Assembly: GCA_030613785.1 (NCBI GenBank)
Contig: JAUWLF010000007.1
Span: 4,191 to 68,190 of the forward strand
Length of the DNA: 64,000 nt
Origin: Chloroflexota bacterium
Lineage (GTDB): Bacteria; Chloroflexota; Anaerolineae; UBA7937; B3-Chlor
Reading direction: 5' to 3'
The notes under the pieces were generated by a model that ran no database searches, was not told where the DNA came from, and was given only the letters and a program-made list of their open reading frames with translations. Below are positions 47,762-56,934 of this stretch, in pieces (positions within the stretch are counted from its first letter, which is position 1; each line of letters opens with the position of its first letter). Both the position numbers and the translations under genes were made by a program.

Positions 47762-49903
47762 GTGGACCATGAGAGCGAAACCAGGATCGGGGTTTTCATC
47801 TGCGATTGTGGAAGGAAGATCGCGGAATTCCTAGATGTCGCTCAGCTTGAGAGCCGTGCGGAGGACATTCCCGACGTGGTCTTGGTGCAGCGGGAGCGAT
47901 ATTGCTGTTCCAAGAAAGGGCTTTATGAGATCAAGGAGGCCATTGGAAAGCACGGCCTGAACCGCATCGTTGTGGCGGGCTGCACGCCTAGGACTCATGA
48001 ACATCTCTTCGAAGCGGCGCTGGAAGAGGCAGGGTTGAGTGGCGACCTCTTCGAGATGGCAAACATCAGGGAGCAATGTGCCTGGGTGCACGCCGACGAC
48101 CAGGCGGCAGCGACTAGTAAGGCGCTTGACCTGATAAGGATGGGCGTGGCCAAGGTCGCATTGGTGCACCCGGGACAAGGGTTACAGATCAATGTAACTC
48201 CTGCCGCCCTGGTGATCGGAGGGGGAATAGCGGGCCTCACAGCTGCCTTGACTGTAGCCAATGGAGGCTTTCCTGTCATATTGGTGGAAAAGGAGGAGCG
48301 GCTGGGAGGGCAAGTTGCAAAACTACACAAGCTCTATCCCGGCGATCGAAGCGCCAGGGAGTTCGTTGGACAGAGAGTAGAGTCAGTGAAAGATCATCCG
48401 GCTATTGAAACCTTCCCTGGCGGGAGGGTGGTGGACATCAGTGGTTCGGTTGGGGACTACCGGATCACCGTTGAGCAGGAGGGTGGGACGTCCAAGCTCA
48501 ACGTGGGTGCTATCATCGTCGCCATTGGGGCTCAGGAGTGCAAGCCGGATGAGAGGTTTGGACATGATGGAGCCAGGGTCATCACCCAGCTCGAGCTAGA
48601 GGAGGCACTGCGAGAGCGGACGGTGGATGCGCAACGAATCGTAGTAATCCTGGACGGGGCGGGCATGCCTGGGCGCTCAGCCCTACCAGCCACGACTGCG
48701 TTAAAGAACTCCATCCTGTTGAAGCGTGGAGACACGAAGATGGAGGTCTCGGTACTGTACAAGAGCCTGAGCGCTGATCTCAGCGAGAAACAGATTAGAG
48801 AAGCGAGGGATCTGGGAGTGCGTTTCGTTAGATATGGCGAGCGGGCAACACCGATTGTGAAGGACAAGGCGGTGGAAGTGTACGACCAGGCACGTGGTGA
48901 GGAAGCGATCATACCTTACGATCTGCTAGTGCTGGCGCTGCCTCTTGTTCCCAGGGAGGATGTCGCGAAGACGGCCACTTTGCTTAGAACGTCGCTAGAC
49001 AGAAATGGTTTCGTCCTGGAGCCGAACGTGCGACTACGGCCGGGGACTTATGTGCCAGATGGCGTCTACGTTTGCGGCAGTGCTCACTATCCGGCGGGTG
49101 TGGACGAGAGCGTGTTCCAGGCCTACAGGGCAGCTGCCAAGACGTTGCACTATCTGTCCGAGGGGCGTGTTGGCAGCGAGGCGGCCCCAGCTATGGTGAT
49201 CGAGGAACTCTGCACGGGATGCGGTATCTGTGTAAGGGCTTGTCCTTTCCAAGCGATCAGCATGGAAGAGAGGAACGGAATCCTCAGCGTCTGCAGGATT
49301 GAGCCCTCACTGTGCAAGCGCTGTGGCAACTGCGTGGTGGAGTGTCCAGTGAAGGCCATTGTCATGGAACCCTACACGGATAGGGAACTGATTGCTCAGA
49401 TCAATGCTGCTTTGGCTTTCCCTGCCGGCGCTCAACCGCGCATGCTGGCTTTCTTGTGTGAGTGGAGTGGCTATGCGGCGGCGGACCTGGCTGGGGCTGA
49501 AGGACGTCAGTATTCGGCAGATGTCCGGATCATCCCGTTGGGTTGCTCGGCACGGTTCGACCCTTATCACATCCTCTGGTCTTTCCTCCAAGGTGCCGAT
49601 GGCGTTCTGGTGGGCGCTTGTGATCCGGGGATGTGCCACTACGTGGAAGGCAATCGGTATGCCAAGCAGAGGGTTGAGACGCTTCGGAAGATGCTGAAGG
49701 AGAGTGGGTTTGACCCCAGAAGGCTGAGTCTGCACTGGTTCAAGCCGGATGATGCACAGGGGTTCGTTGAGGCTGTGACGGAGTTCACGGAAGAGATTGA
49801 GCACCTGGGGCCTAGTCACCTGCACTCAGGCAGCGTAGGAGCCTGGGATGCTCCTCTCATCACTGCTTCCCTCTTATCACCAGCCATGGCGGGCAAGTCA
49901 TAG
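47762..49903 (+). CDS. HdrA-like flavoprotein fused to C-terminal ferredoxin and MvhD domain
   Basis: GVFICDCG, AGCTPRTHE, NIREQCAWVH, GGGIAG; 2x[4Fe-4S]; MvhD motifs FLCEWS..AAD, CSARF and GACDPGMCHY. Confidence 0.9.
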   Translation: MDHESETRIGVFICDCGRKIAEFLDVAQLESRAEDIPDVVLVQRERYCCSKKGLYEIKEAIGKHGLNRIVVAGCTPRTHEHLFEAALEEAGLSGDLFEMANIREQCAWVHADDQAAATSKALDLIRMGVAKVALVHPGQGLQINVTPAALVIGGGIAGLTAALTVANGGFPVILVEKEERLGGQVAKLHKLYPGDRSAREFVGQRVESVKDHPAIETFPGGRVVDISGSVGDYRITVEQEGGTSKLNVGAIIVAIGAQECKPDERFGHDGARVITQLELEEALRERTVDAQRIVVILDGAGMPGRSALPATTALKNSILLKRGDTKMEVSVLYKSLSADLSEKQIREARDLGVRFVRYGERATPIVKDKAVEVYDQARGEEAIIPYDLLVLALPLVPREDVAKTATLLRTSLDRNGFVLEPNVRLRPGTYVPDGVYVCGSAHYPAGVDESVFQAYRAAAKTLHYLSEGRVGSEAAPAMVIEELCTGCGICVRACPFQAISMEERNGILSVCRIEPSLCKRCGNCVVECPVKAIVMEPYTDRELIAQINAALAFPAGAQPRMLAFLCEWSGYAAADLAGAEGRQYSADVRIIPLGCSARFDPYHILWSFLQGADGVLVGACDPGMCHYVEGNRYAKQRVETLRKMLKESGFDPRRLSLHWFKPDDAQGFVEAVTEFTEEIEHLGPSHLHSGSVGAWDAPLITASLLSPAMAGKS

Positions 49904-49919
49904 AGCAGGGGGATACGTT

Positions 49920-51101
49920 ATGTCGAAGCTGTTGGAAAGGGACGTCTGGGTACTGGACAGGTGTGCTGGCTGCGGCCTCTGCATCGCTACTTGCTCCAAA
50001 GGCATGCTGTACTGGGATGGGGAAGGAGGACATCCGGCAAAAGAGATGAGGCAGAAAACCATCGGTCTGACCACGATTCCCTTTGATAGTTGCACTTTCT
50101 GCCGGGCGTTTTGTGAGCAGACCTGTCCCCGGCTCCACGAGTGGGAGGGATTGCCGGCCAGACAAGTGGTGTCCGCAAAGACCAAAGGCGTCACGGACAG
50201 CGGCGAGCCCAACGAAGTGATTAGGAATCTGTTGATCGCTGGCCTCTCGGCGGGCCTGATTGATGGGGCAATCATGAGCTGTATGGATGGGTGGACTGTG
50301 CAGCCCCTAGCCAAGGTCTTGACGAGCGTGGAGGAAGTCGCGGATTGTCTGGGCGTGCAAGGGCTGTGGGTGCCCACGTTGGGCGTGCTCAATGAGGCGG
50401 TCTACGAAAGGAAGCTTCGCAGAATCGCGGTCATCGGGGCTCCGTGTGCGAGCGAGGCGATCAGAACGCTGCTGGCTTCACAGGACGAGAGACTGAACCC
50501 GTACAAGGAGGCGATAGCGCTGACGATTGCCACCTTCTGCACGGGGGTGTACTACCCGAGGCCTGTGTTCGAGTACCTCGAGGAGATGCTGGGCATTTCC
50601 CGCCAGGATGTGAAGAGGGCGTATGCGTCACCACGGGACAAAGAACTGAGGGTGGTGCTGTGGAATGACTCAACGAAGACGGTCCCTCTAGCCAAGATAG
50701 AAGGGCATACCCGGCCAGGCTGCGCCAGTTGTGATGATTTCCTGGGGGAGTCGGCCGACATCAGCGTGGGCAAGGTGGGTGCGAAAGATGAGCATTGCAC
50801 ACTCATGACCCGGAGCGAGGTTGGCGATCAATGCCTGCAAAACGCGCTCGATTTTGGACTGCTGGAGGTGGTGGACGAAGTGGATGAGGAGGCCTTGAGG
50901 AGAGCGAAGGAGGACAAGGAGCGCAGAGACAGAGCTGAAGCCTTCGATGAACTGATGTTGACGATGTTGGATGCTCTGAGGGAGCCTCAGAAACAAGCTG
51001 AGGTCAGGGAGAAGTTCGTACGACTGTATGAGGTGGATCGCGTGCCTGAACGCACAGAGGAGGGACAGCGCTATGACCCATGTGCTGGATGTCAAGGGTA
51101 A
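49920..51101 (+). CDS. FrhB/FdhB-like (F420-oxidoreductase beta-type) Fe-S protein
   Basis: N-terminal ferredoxin; GAPC, ATFC and GCASCDDF..ADISVG FrhB-type cluster motifs. Confidence 0.8.
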   Translation: MSKLLERDVWVLDRCAGCGLCIATCSKGMLYWDGEGGHPAKEMRQKTIGLTTIPFDSCTFCRAFCEQTCPRLHEWEGLPARQVVSAKTKGVTDSGEPNEVIRNLLIAGLSAGLIDGAIMSCMDGWTVQPLAKVLTSVEEVADCLGVQGLWVPTLGVLNEAVYERKLRRIAVIGAPCASEAIRTLLASQDERLNPYKEAIALTIATFCTGVYYPRPVFEYLEEMLGISRQDVKRAYASPRDKELRVVLWNDSTKTVPLAKIEGHTRPGCASCDDFLGESADISVGKVGAKDEHCTLMTRSEVGDQCLQNALDFGLLEVVDEVDEEALRRAKEDKERRDRAEAFDELMLTMLDALREPQKQAEVREKFVRLYEVDRVPERTEEGQRYDPCAGCQG

Positions 51102-51744
51102 GGAGCTCAGAGCCGCGAGCAATCAGTTGAAGGAGGCACTCGCCAAGAACCCGACCACCGTGAAGAACGCCTCTCACTTGCACGGCCTGTGCGGAGGGCT
51201 CAAGTCCGGGGACGTGACCATACAGGGCGACAGTGGCGACTACTTGGCTGTGCTCAATGATGGAGCTGTCATCAGAGTGACCGGCAGCGCTGGCAAGTAT
51301 GTGGCCGATAATATGACCGAAGGAAAGGTTCTGGTCGAAGGGGATGCCGACTACGGAGCGGGTCAGTATTGCTATGGCGGTACTGTGGTCGTCAAGGGTA
51401 GCGCTGGCGACTTCGCCGGCACCATGAACAAGGGAGCGACCATCATCGTCGGTGGAGACGTAGGTGATGAGGTTGGTACGTACATGGTTGGTGGAGATGT
51501 GGTTATCGCGGGTGACGCTGGACGGAATCTCGGCAATTATCTGATCAGAGGGAATATCTATATCAAAGGGGATTGGGCGAGTTTGGGGCATAACTGCAAG
51601 GTCGAAAACGTTGCCGCTGAGGACGGCCAGAGGTTGGAGGCGCTGTTGGCAGAACATGGCATGGCTGGGAATGGGAAGGATTTCCGGAAGATAACACCTG
51701 TGTCGGACAAGCCCTTCTACTCTCATGAGGAGGCAGAACAATGA
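51073..51744 (+). CDS. GXGXG beta-helix protein (glutamate synthase domain 3 / FwdC-like)
   Basis: Repeated V.G.AG.Y.G..M.GG motifs. Confidence 0.88.
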   Translation: MTHVLDVKGKELRAASNQLKEALAKNPTTVKNASHLHGLCGGLKSGDVTIQGDSGDYLAVLNDGAVIRVTGSAGKYVADNMTEGKVLVEGDADYGAGQYCYGGTVVVKGSAGDFAGTMNKGATIIVGGDVGDEVGTYMVGGDVVIAGDAGRNLGNYLIRGNIYIKGDWASLGHNCKVENVAAEDGQRLEALLAEHGMAGNGKDFRKITPVSDKPFYSHEEAEQ

Positions 51745-53285
51745 CCACTGTTGGTGCGTTCTGTGTGACTCTTGATCGAGAGCGATGCATAAACTCTCGC
51801 ATGCCTGGGAAGTGCGCCGCTTGCGTAGAGGTATGTCCGTACGGGGTCTTCAGTCTCAATGGCCACAACGAGGTGGTGATACAGAACTACAACACGTGTG
51901 TAGGTTGCCGGATATGTGTGGAGTTCTGTCCTGAGGATGCCATCCGTATCAACCCCGCGGAGTCGGAGATCGTTTCCAGATATCCATGGACTTTTGGGGC
52001 CATGGAGGAGATCCATCATAAGGCATTGACGGGAGACTATCTGCTGAGAGGCTTCGGCACGATGGGACCTACGCCCCACTTCGATAACATCGTGGTGGTG
52101 CCTTCACAGCTTGCCTCCCCTGCCCCGAGGGACAAGTATCGCGAGGAATGCAACATGGAGGTCGTCATAGGTGAGGAGACCTGCGAGAAGCCTATCAGAC
52201 TGCAGTATCCCCTCATCTTCCCAGCCATGTCGTACGGCGCTCTTTCCAAGGAGGCGAAGCTGGCGCTGGCTATCGGGGCGGCCAAGACGGGCATCATGAC
52301 CAATACCGGCGAGGGCGGCGTGGTCGAAGAGGAACCGTATTACGCCAAAGGCTTCGAGAGACCGAATGGCTCTAGACAGAGGTGGCGTCCGGGAGGCTAC
52401 CTGGCGATCCAGTGGTCCACAGGGCGATGGGGCGTATCGGCCGACTATGTCAACGCCGGCGATGCCGTGGAAATCAAGATTGGGCAGGGGGCGAAACCAG
52501 GAATGGGGGGGCACCTCCTGGGAGAGAAGGTGACGGAGGACATAGCCAGGATCCGTGGCATACCTGTGGGCAGCGATGCCCTTTCCCCGTGCCGGTACTA
52601 TGATGTCCTGGCCCCTGAGGATATCAAGAAGCAGGTTGATTTCTTGAGGGACATTACCAACTACGAGAAGCCGATATTGATGAAGCTGGGGCCTAGCAGG
52701 CCCTACGAAGATGTGAAGATGGCAGCTCTGGCTGGCGTGGATGCCATCTCGATTGATGGCCTCGTCGGCGGAACCGGTTGCTCACCGGATGTCGTGACGC
52801 AGGGCGTAGGCATACCTACCATTGCTTGCATAGGGCCAGCCGCCAGGGCCCTCAAGGATCTGGGGTTGCACCGCAAGGTGAAGCTCTTCGCGCTGGGTGG
52901 CATGAGGAATGGATTGGATGCCTTCAAAGCCATAGCCATGGGCGCCGACGGGGTGGGTTTCGGCACAGCGGCTCAAATAGCTATGGGGTGTCGAGGCTGT
53001 ATGGCTTGCCATCAAGGCGACTGCCCCTACGGCATCACGTCCCAGAACCCTAAGATGACTGAGGGTCTGGATCCCGAAGAGATCGGTCAGCGCCTGGCGA
53101 ACTTCATCAGGGCTACGGCAGAGGAGGTCAAGATTCTGACCATGCTCTCGGGGCACAGTGACATACAGGAGTTGAGCGAGGAAGACCTACGGGCACTGGA
53201 CGTAAACACTGCTGCCATAACTGGTTTGAAGCTGGTGGGCTATGAGCGTGCTTTGCCCTGGTGGGAGAATGGCCAGGGAAGCTAG
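51741..53285 (+). CDS. Archaeal-type glutamate synthase FMN-binding subunit with N-terminal 2x[4Fe-4S]
   Basis: MSYGALS, NTGEGG, EIKIGQGAKPGMGGHL, IARIRG, DG..GGTG, KAIAMGAD and CRGCMACHQGDCPYGI. Confidence 0.9.
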   Translation: MTTVGAFCVTLDRERCINSRMPGKCAACVEVCPYGVFSLNGHNEVVIQNYNTCVGCRICVEFCPEDAIRINPAESEIVSRYPWTFGAMEEIHHKALTGDYLLRGFGTMGPTPHFDNIVVVPSQLASPAPRDKYREECNMEVVIGEETCEKPIRLQYPLIFPAMSYGALSKEAKLALAIGAAKTGIMTNTGEGGVVEEEPYYAKGFERPNGSRQRWRPGGYLAIQWSTGRWGVSADYVNAGDAVEIKIGQGAKPGMGGHLLGEKVTEDIARIRGIPVGSDALSPCRYYDVLAPEDIKKQVDFLRDITNYEKPILMKLGPSRPYEDVKMAALAGVDAISIDGLVGGTGCSPDVVTQGVGIPTIACIGPAARALKDLGLHRKVKLFALGGMRNGLDAFKAIAMGADGVGFGTAAQIAMGCRGCMACHQGDCPYGITSQNPKMTEGLDPEEIGQRLANFIRATAEEVKILTMLSGHSDIQELSEEDLRALDVNTAAITGLKLVGYERALPWWENGQGS

Positions 53286-53411
53286 TACGCTGCTTGGCAG
53301 CGGAGACCTGCTGTTGTGCGGACTGCTCAGCTCCGAGTGGGGACACACAGGCGTGAATGGCGCATCACTACAGCGGTTGTTGAAGGCAATACTACCAGGA
53401 AAGGAGAAAAG

Positions 53412-53984
53412 ATGAACGCGGTTACTGCTGGTGCTGTCATGACACGTGAAGGAGGCGAGATGGGCACGGTCAATATCGATGCCGCTGCAATCGGCGGTAT
53501 GGTGGAGAACGCTCTGGTGTTCTGCGCCCAAAAGGCGCGGCTGCAGGATGGAGAGGATGCCGTGAAGGCCATCCAAAGCGGAGATTGTGTTACCTGTGGC
53601 TACCTGAGGTACGGCCTATGCAAGGGGATTGGCGAATACCTGGGTAGTATAGACGACTCGGTGCGGGCGGTGTATGCCTACGATCCTGACTATTGCACTG
53701 ATGCGCACCACCTTGATGGCCGGGAGCGAGCGGGTGAGCGGGGGATCAACGTTGTTGTCTCCGTGGATCACAGGAGCGCTGCTTTGACTTCCATTGTCGC
53801 GTCCCTGGAGGACGCTGTGAGGGAGGGTGTAAGGCCTCTTGTCTGCTCCAAGGCCAATGGTTCCTGCTACGCTCTGGATGTGAAAGTCGCGGATGCGGAA
53901 GAAGTGGCCTCCAGACGGGGCTACGGAGCGCTTATCTCCTCTCTCTACGTGGCACCGCTCAAGGTCTGGGCGAGGGGCGAATAG
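53412..53984 (+). CDS. Hypothetical protein with CxxC motif
   Basis: AAGGAG SD; coding-like composition; last co-oriented gene of the redox cluster. Confidence 0.65.
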   Translation: MNAVTAGAVMTREGGEMGTVNIDAAAIGGMVENALVFCAQKARLQDGEDAVKAIQSGDCVTCGYLRYGLCKGIGEYLGSIDDSVRAVYAYDPDYCTDAHHLDGRERAGERGINVVVSVDHRSAALTSIVASLEDAVREGVRPLVCSKANGSCYALDVKVADAEEVASRRGYGALISSLYVAPLKVWARGE

Positions 53985-54077
53985 TCAACGCGGCTTCGCC
54001 GGAGTCCTGGCAGCGCTGGCACGAACCGTGTTGAGGCAGGAATTGGAGACCGGGACATTCTTCTTTCTCCTTACATT

Positions 54078-54109
54078 CCCGCAGCGCGGGTGCTAACCCG
54101 TGCTGCGGG
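54078..54109. terminator. GC-rich hairpin between convergent units
   Basis: CCCGCAGCGCGGGT-GCTA-ACCCGTGCTGCGGG. Confidence 0.5.
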
Positions 54110-54337
54110 GGCAACCTCGTCCCCAGTAGTCGGGATGAGCCACGCCCAAGCGCAAGAAACCCCGATGTCGCGTGGCCGCTTCTGGGTAGAAGCCTCTGTG
54201 GGTTGGGTCAGGGAATCTGCGCGTTTCTCCTCCAAACACTGTTGCTCGCCAACCGAGCGCCGGCTGCCGCAGGCCGACCAGAAGTTCCGGCCCTTCTCCG
54301 CAGCCTCAGTTCTCGCGAGGACACCCGGAAGGGTGAT

Positions 54338-55138
54338 CTAGAAGGCTTCTAACGTACCCCGACGCTTGGCCAGCATCTCGAACCAACTGAAAAGCAGGTA
54401 GCCTGTGGCGACATAGCACATGCCGATCAGGATCTCCCCGGCCAGGAAAGGAGCTACTTCCACGAGATTGGCACCGGCGATGACCTGGCGAGCAGCTTGG
54501 ATGCCTCTGGTCAGAGGCAGGAGGTGGGCCGCTCTCTGGACCCAAACGGGGAAGTTCGCCAGGGGCACATTGGCGCCACTGAAGACCAGTAGCAGGAAGT
54601 AGACGGTGTTGTTGATGAACATGACGTTCACCGTCACCAGGCTCAGACAGCCCATCAGCAGACCGAAGCCCGCGGTGCTGACTGTGGTGATGAGGATGGT
54701 GAGTGCCAGAAGTGGCAGATCTGCCTTTGAGTAGTCAACCCCTAGAAGCAAACCAGCCCAAACGAGACCCATGATTACTCCCAGCATACCATCGAGGATG
54801 TGGACGAGGGATCTTCCCAAGAAGGTGAGCAGGCGGTTCGCAGGGCTGCCGAAGAGATAGATCAACGTACCCTCGTTGCGTTCCCCACCAATGCTCATGG
54901 TGACTCCGTAGATGCCGCTCATGGGCGTCAACTGTATGGCGTTACCGATGGCGTAGAAGCTGGCGGTGTCGGGGCCGGTGGCGAAGGTGCCCAGCAAAGT
55001 GAAGAACAGTATCTGGCTGAGGGGCGCTATGACCTTCGTGGCGAGATATGGCTCCAATCTGAACCAGCGGAATAGGGCCTTGTAGGAGAGAACCGCGCCA
55101 CTGAAGAATATGCGAGCGGAGTTCGAGAACCTCTTCAT
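54338..55138 (-). CDS. ABC-2 type exporter permease
   Basis: ERNEGTL, FSGANVP and LPLTRGI; about six TMs. Confidence 0.88.
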   Translation of the reverse strand: MKRFSNSARIFFSGAVLSYKALFRWFRLEPYLATKVIAPLSQILFFTLLGTFATGPDTASFYAIGNAIQLTPMSGIYGVTMSIGGERNEGTLIYLFGSPANRLLTFLGRSLVHILDGMLGVIMGLVWAGLLLGVDYSKADLPLLALTILITTVSTAGFGLLMGCLSLVTVNVMFINNTVYFLLLVFSGANVPLANFPVWVQRAAHLLPLTRGIQAARQVIAGANLVEVAPFLAGEILIGMCYVATGYLLFSWFEMLAKRRGTLEAF

Positions 55139-55151
55139 ACCAGTAGGTACC

Positions 55152-55935
55152 TCACATCAAGCTCAGAGTGGCATCCACACGTGCCCGACGAAGCACGACA
55201 GTGAAAAGACGGTAGGAGATCGCGATGTATGCGCCGCCGAGAAGCAGCATCATGGCCCAGCACAGGAGTATGTCAGGCACAGTAGCCAGCCCGCTGCTTG
55301 TGAGGTGGAGTGCTCTGGCCGCCCAATAGGGCGCCAGAATGTAGCTGACCGGGTTCGTTCAGCCCGGCAGCAGTAGGATTGGGAACAGGAAACCTCCCAG
55401 GATGTACATCGGGTATTCCAGGGCGTTCACCCAGCCGGTCAGAGACAGGTTGACCGCCATCAGGGGCGAGATTAACAGACCAAAGGATATGAAGGCCAGC
55501 ATGGTTATCACCAGAGAGGCGAAGAAGGGAAGTGGCTGCGCGATGGTCAGGGGGAGGCGGAACACGAGGGCCGCCACAGAGTAGCTACGTATCATGGAAA
55601 GGAGAGACACGCTGACACTAGCCAACGTCTTGCCGATGACGACGGTGCCCGAGGAAGTTGGGCTGGCCACTATGCCTTCCAGGGTCCCCATGAACCGCTC
55701 GGTATTGATATTGAAGGTCCCTCTGAAAAGCAGACTGGTCCATAACCCCGTCATGCCGCTGCCGACGACTACATAGATGCCACGGGAGATGTCTTGTCCC
55801 TTCAGCATGTAGATGGCCATGGTCGCGATGAGCAGGGGCTGTATCACCACGCCGAAGATCATGAACAGGTCTACAGCCTGCTGCTTGATGTCCAGTACGA
55901 AAGCAATGCGAACGACTCCGCAGGTTCGCTATCAT
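55152..55935 (-). pseudogene. Disrupted ABC-2 permease (frameshift near start and in-frame TGA)
   Basis: MIANLR shifts frame into VVRIAFVLDIKQQAVDLFMIFG; TGA at 55359-55361 is followed by in-frame TNPVSYILAPYWAARALH...DATLSLM*. Confidence 0.8.
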
Positions 55936-56909
55936 GCTGCTCCTCCCACCAGGCGGACGTAGGCGTCCTCCAGAGTCGGTTCTCGGACGCTCACTTTCCC
56001 CATCCTGATGCCGTTACCATCGAGGCTGTGCAGGATCTGGGGCACAATGGCCGAGCCAATCCTCGAATGTATGAGCAATGCTTGTTTCTGGTCCCGATCT
56101 TCCACCGATACTGTGTCCACCTCCGGCATTTGCCGTAGTTGGTCCACCGTCTCATGCCCGATGCCGAATACTTCCACCTCGACGATGTGGAGATCTTCCG
56201 CATGACGCTTCAAGCCCTCGGGGGTGTCCAGGGCCACTATCTTGCCGTGGTTGATGACCGCGACACGTTCGCAGAGGGCATCCGCCTCGAACATGTAGTG
56301 AGTGGTCAGCAAGACCGTCTTCTCCTGGGCCACCAGATCTCTGATCACCTGCCTCAATTCGCGCGCCCCTACGGGGTCTAGTCCCATGGTGGGCTCGTCG
56401 AGAAAGAGGACCTGTGGGTCGTGGAGGAGGCAGCGGGCGATGTGCAATCGCTGGCGCATGCCCCGGGAATAGCCCTCTACCTTCTCGTCCTCACGGCCGG
56501 CGAGACCGACTAGTTCCAGGAGTTCCGATATGCGTCGCTTGGCCACATCGGGATCCACGTGGTACAGGTCTGCGAAGTAGCGCAGGTTGTCCTTCGCTGA
56601 GAGGCGCCAATACAGGCCGCGTTCGCCGCCGAAGATGAAGCCAATCCGGGGCCTGATGGCGCTTGCTTCTTTCACCACATCGTGGCCGAGAACGGCGGCC
56701 GTCCCACTCGTGGGAATGAGCAAGGTAGTGAGCATCTTGACGGTGGTTGTCTTACCGGCCCCATTGGGCCCCAGGAGCCCGAATAGCTCGCCGTCTCGGA
56801 CCCCAAAGGAAATGCCGTCAACGGCGACCACCTCCTTCGTTCGTCGGCGTATCGTGCCGATGGTGGCTCGGAAGACTCGATGTAGGTCGTGTACTTCGAT
56901 GGCGTCCAT
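55932..56909 (-). CDS. ABC exporter ATP-binding protein (DrrA-like)
   Basis: GPNGAGKTT, YSRGMRQR, LFLDEPT and TTHYM. Confidence 0.94.
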   Translation of the reverse strand: MDAIEVHDLHRVFRATIGTIRRRTKEVVAVDGISFGVRDGELFGLLGPNGAGKTTTVKMLTTLLIPTSGTAAVLGHDVVKEASAIRPRIGFIFGGERGLYWRLSAKDNLRYFADLYHVDPDVAKRRISELLELVGLAGREDEKVEGYSRGMRQRLHIARCLLHDPQVLFLDEPTMGLDPVGARELRQVIRDLVAQEKTVLLTTHYMFEADALCERVAVINHGKIVALDTPEGLKRHAEDLHIVEVEVFGIGHETVDQLRQMPEVDTVSVEDRDQKQALLIHSRIGSAIVPQILHSLDGNGIRMGKVSVREPTLEDAYVRLVGGAA

Positions 56910-56934
56910 GTGTTCTCACCTCCGCAATGGGCTG

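Noticed and set aside
55359-55361. TGA recoded as selenocysteine or Trp
   Set aside because: TGA is the normal stop for many genes here, the site is in a membrane permease, and the gene has a second lesion.
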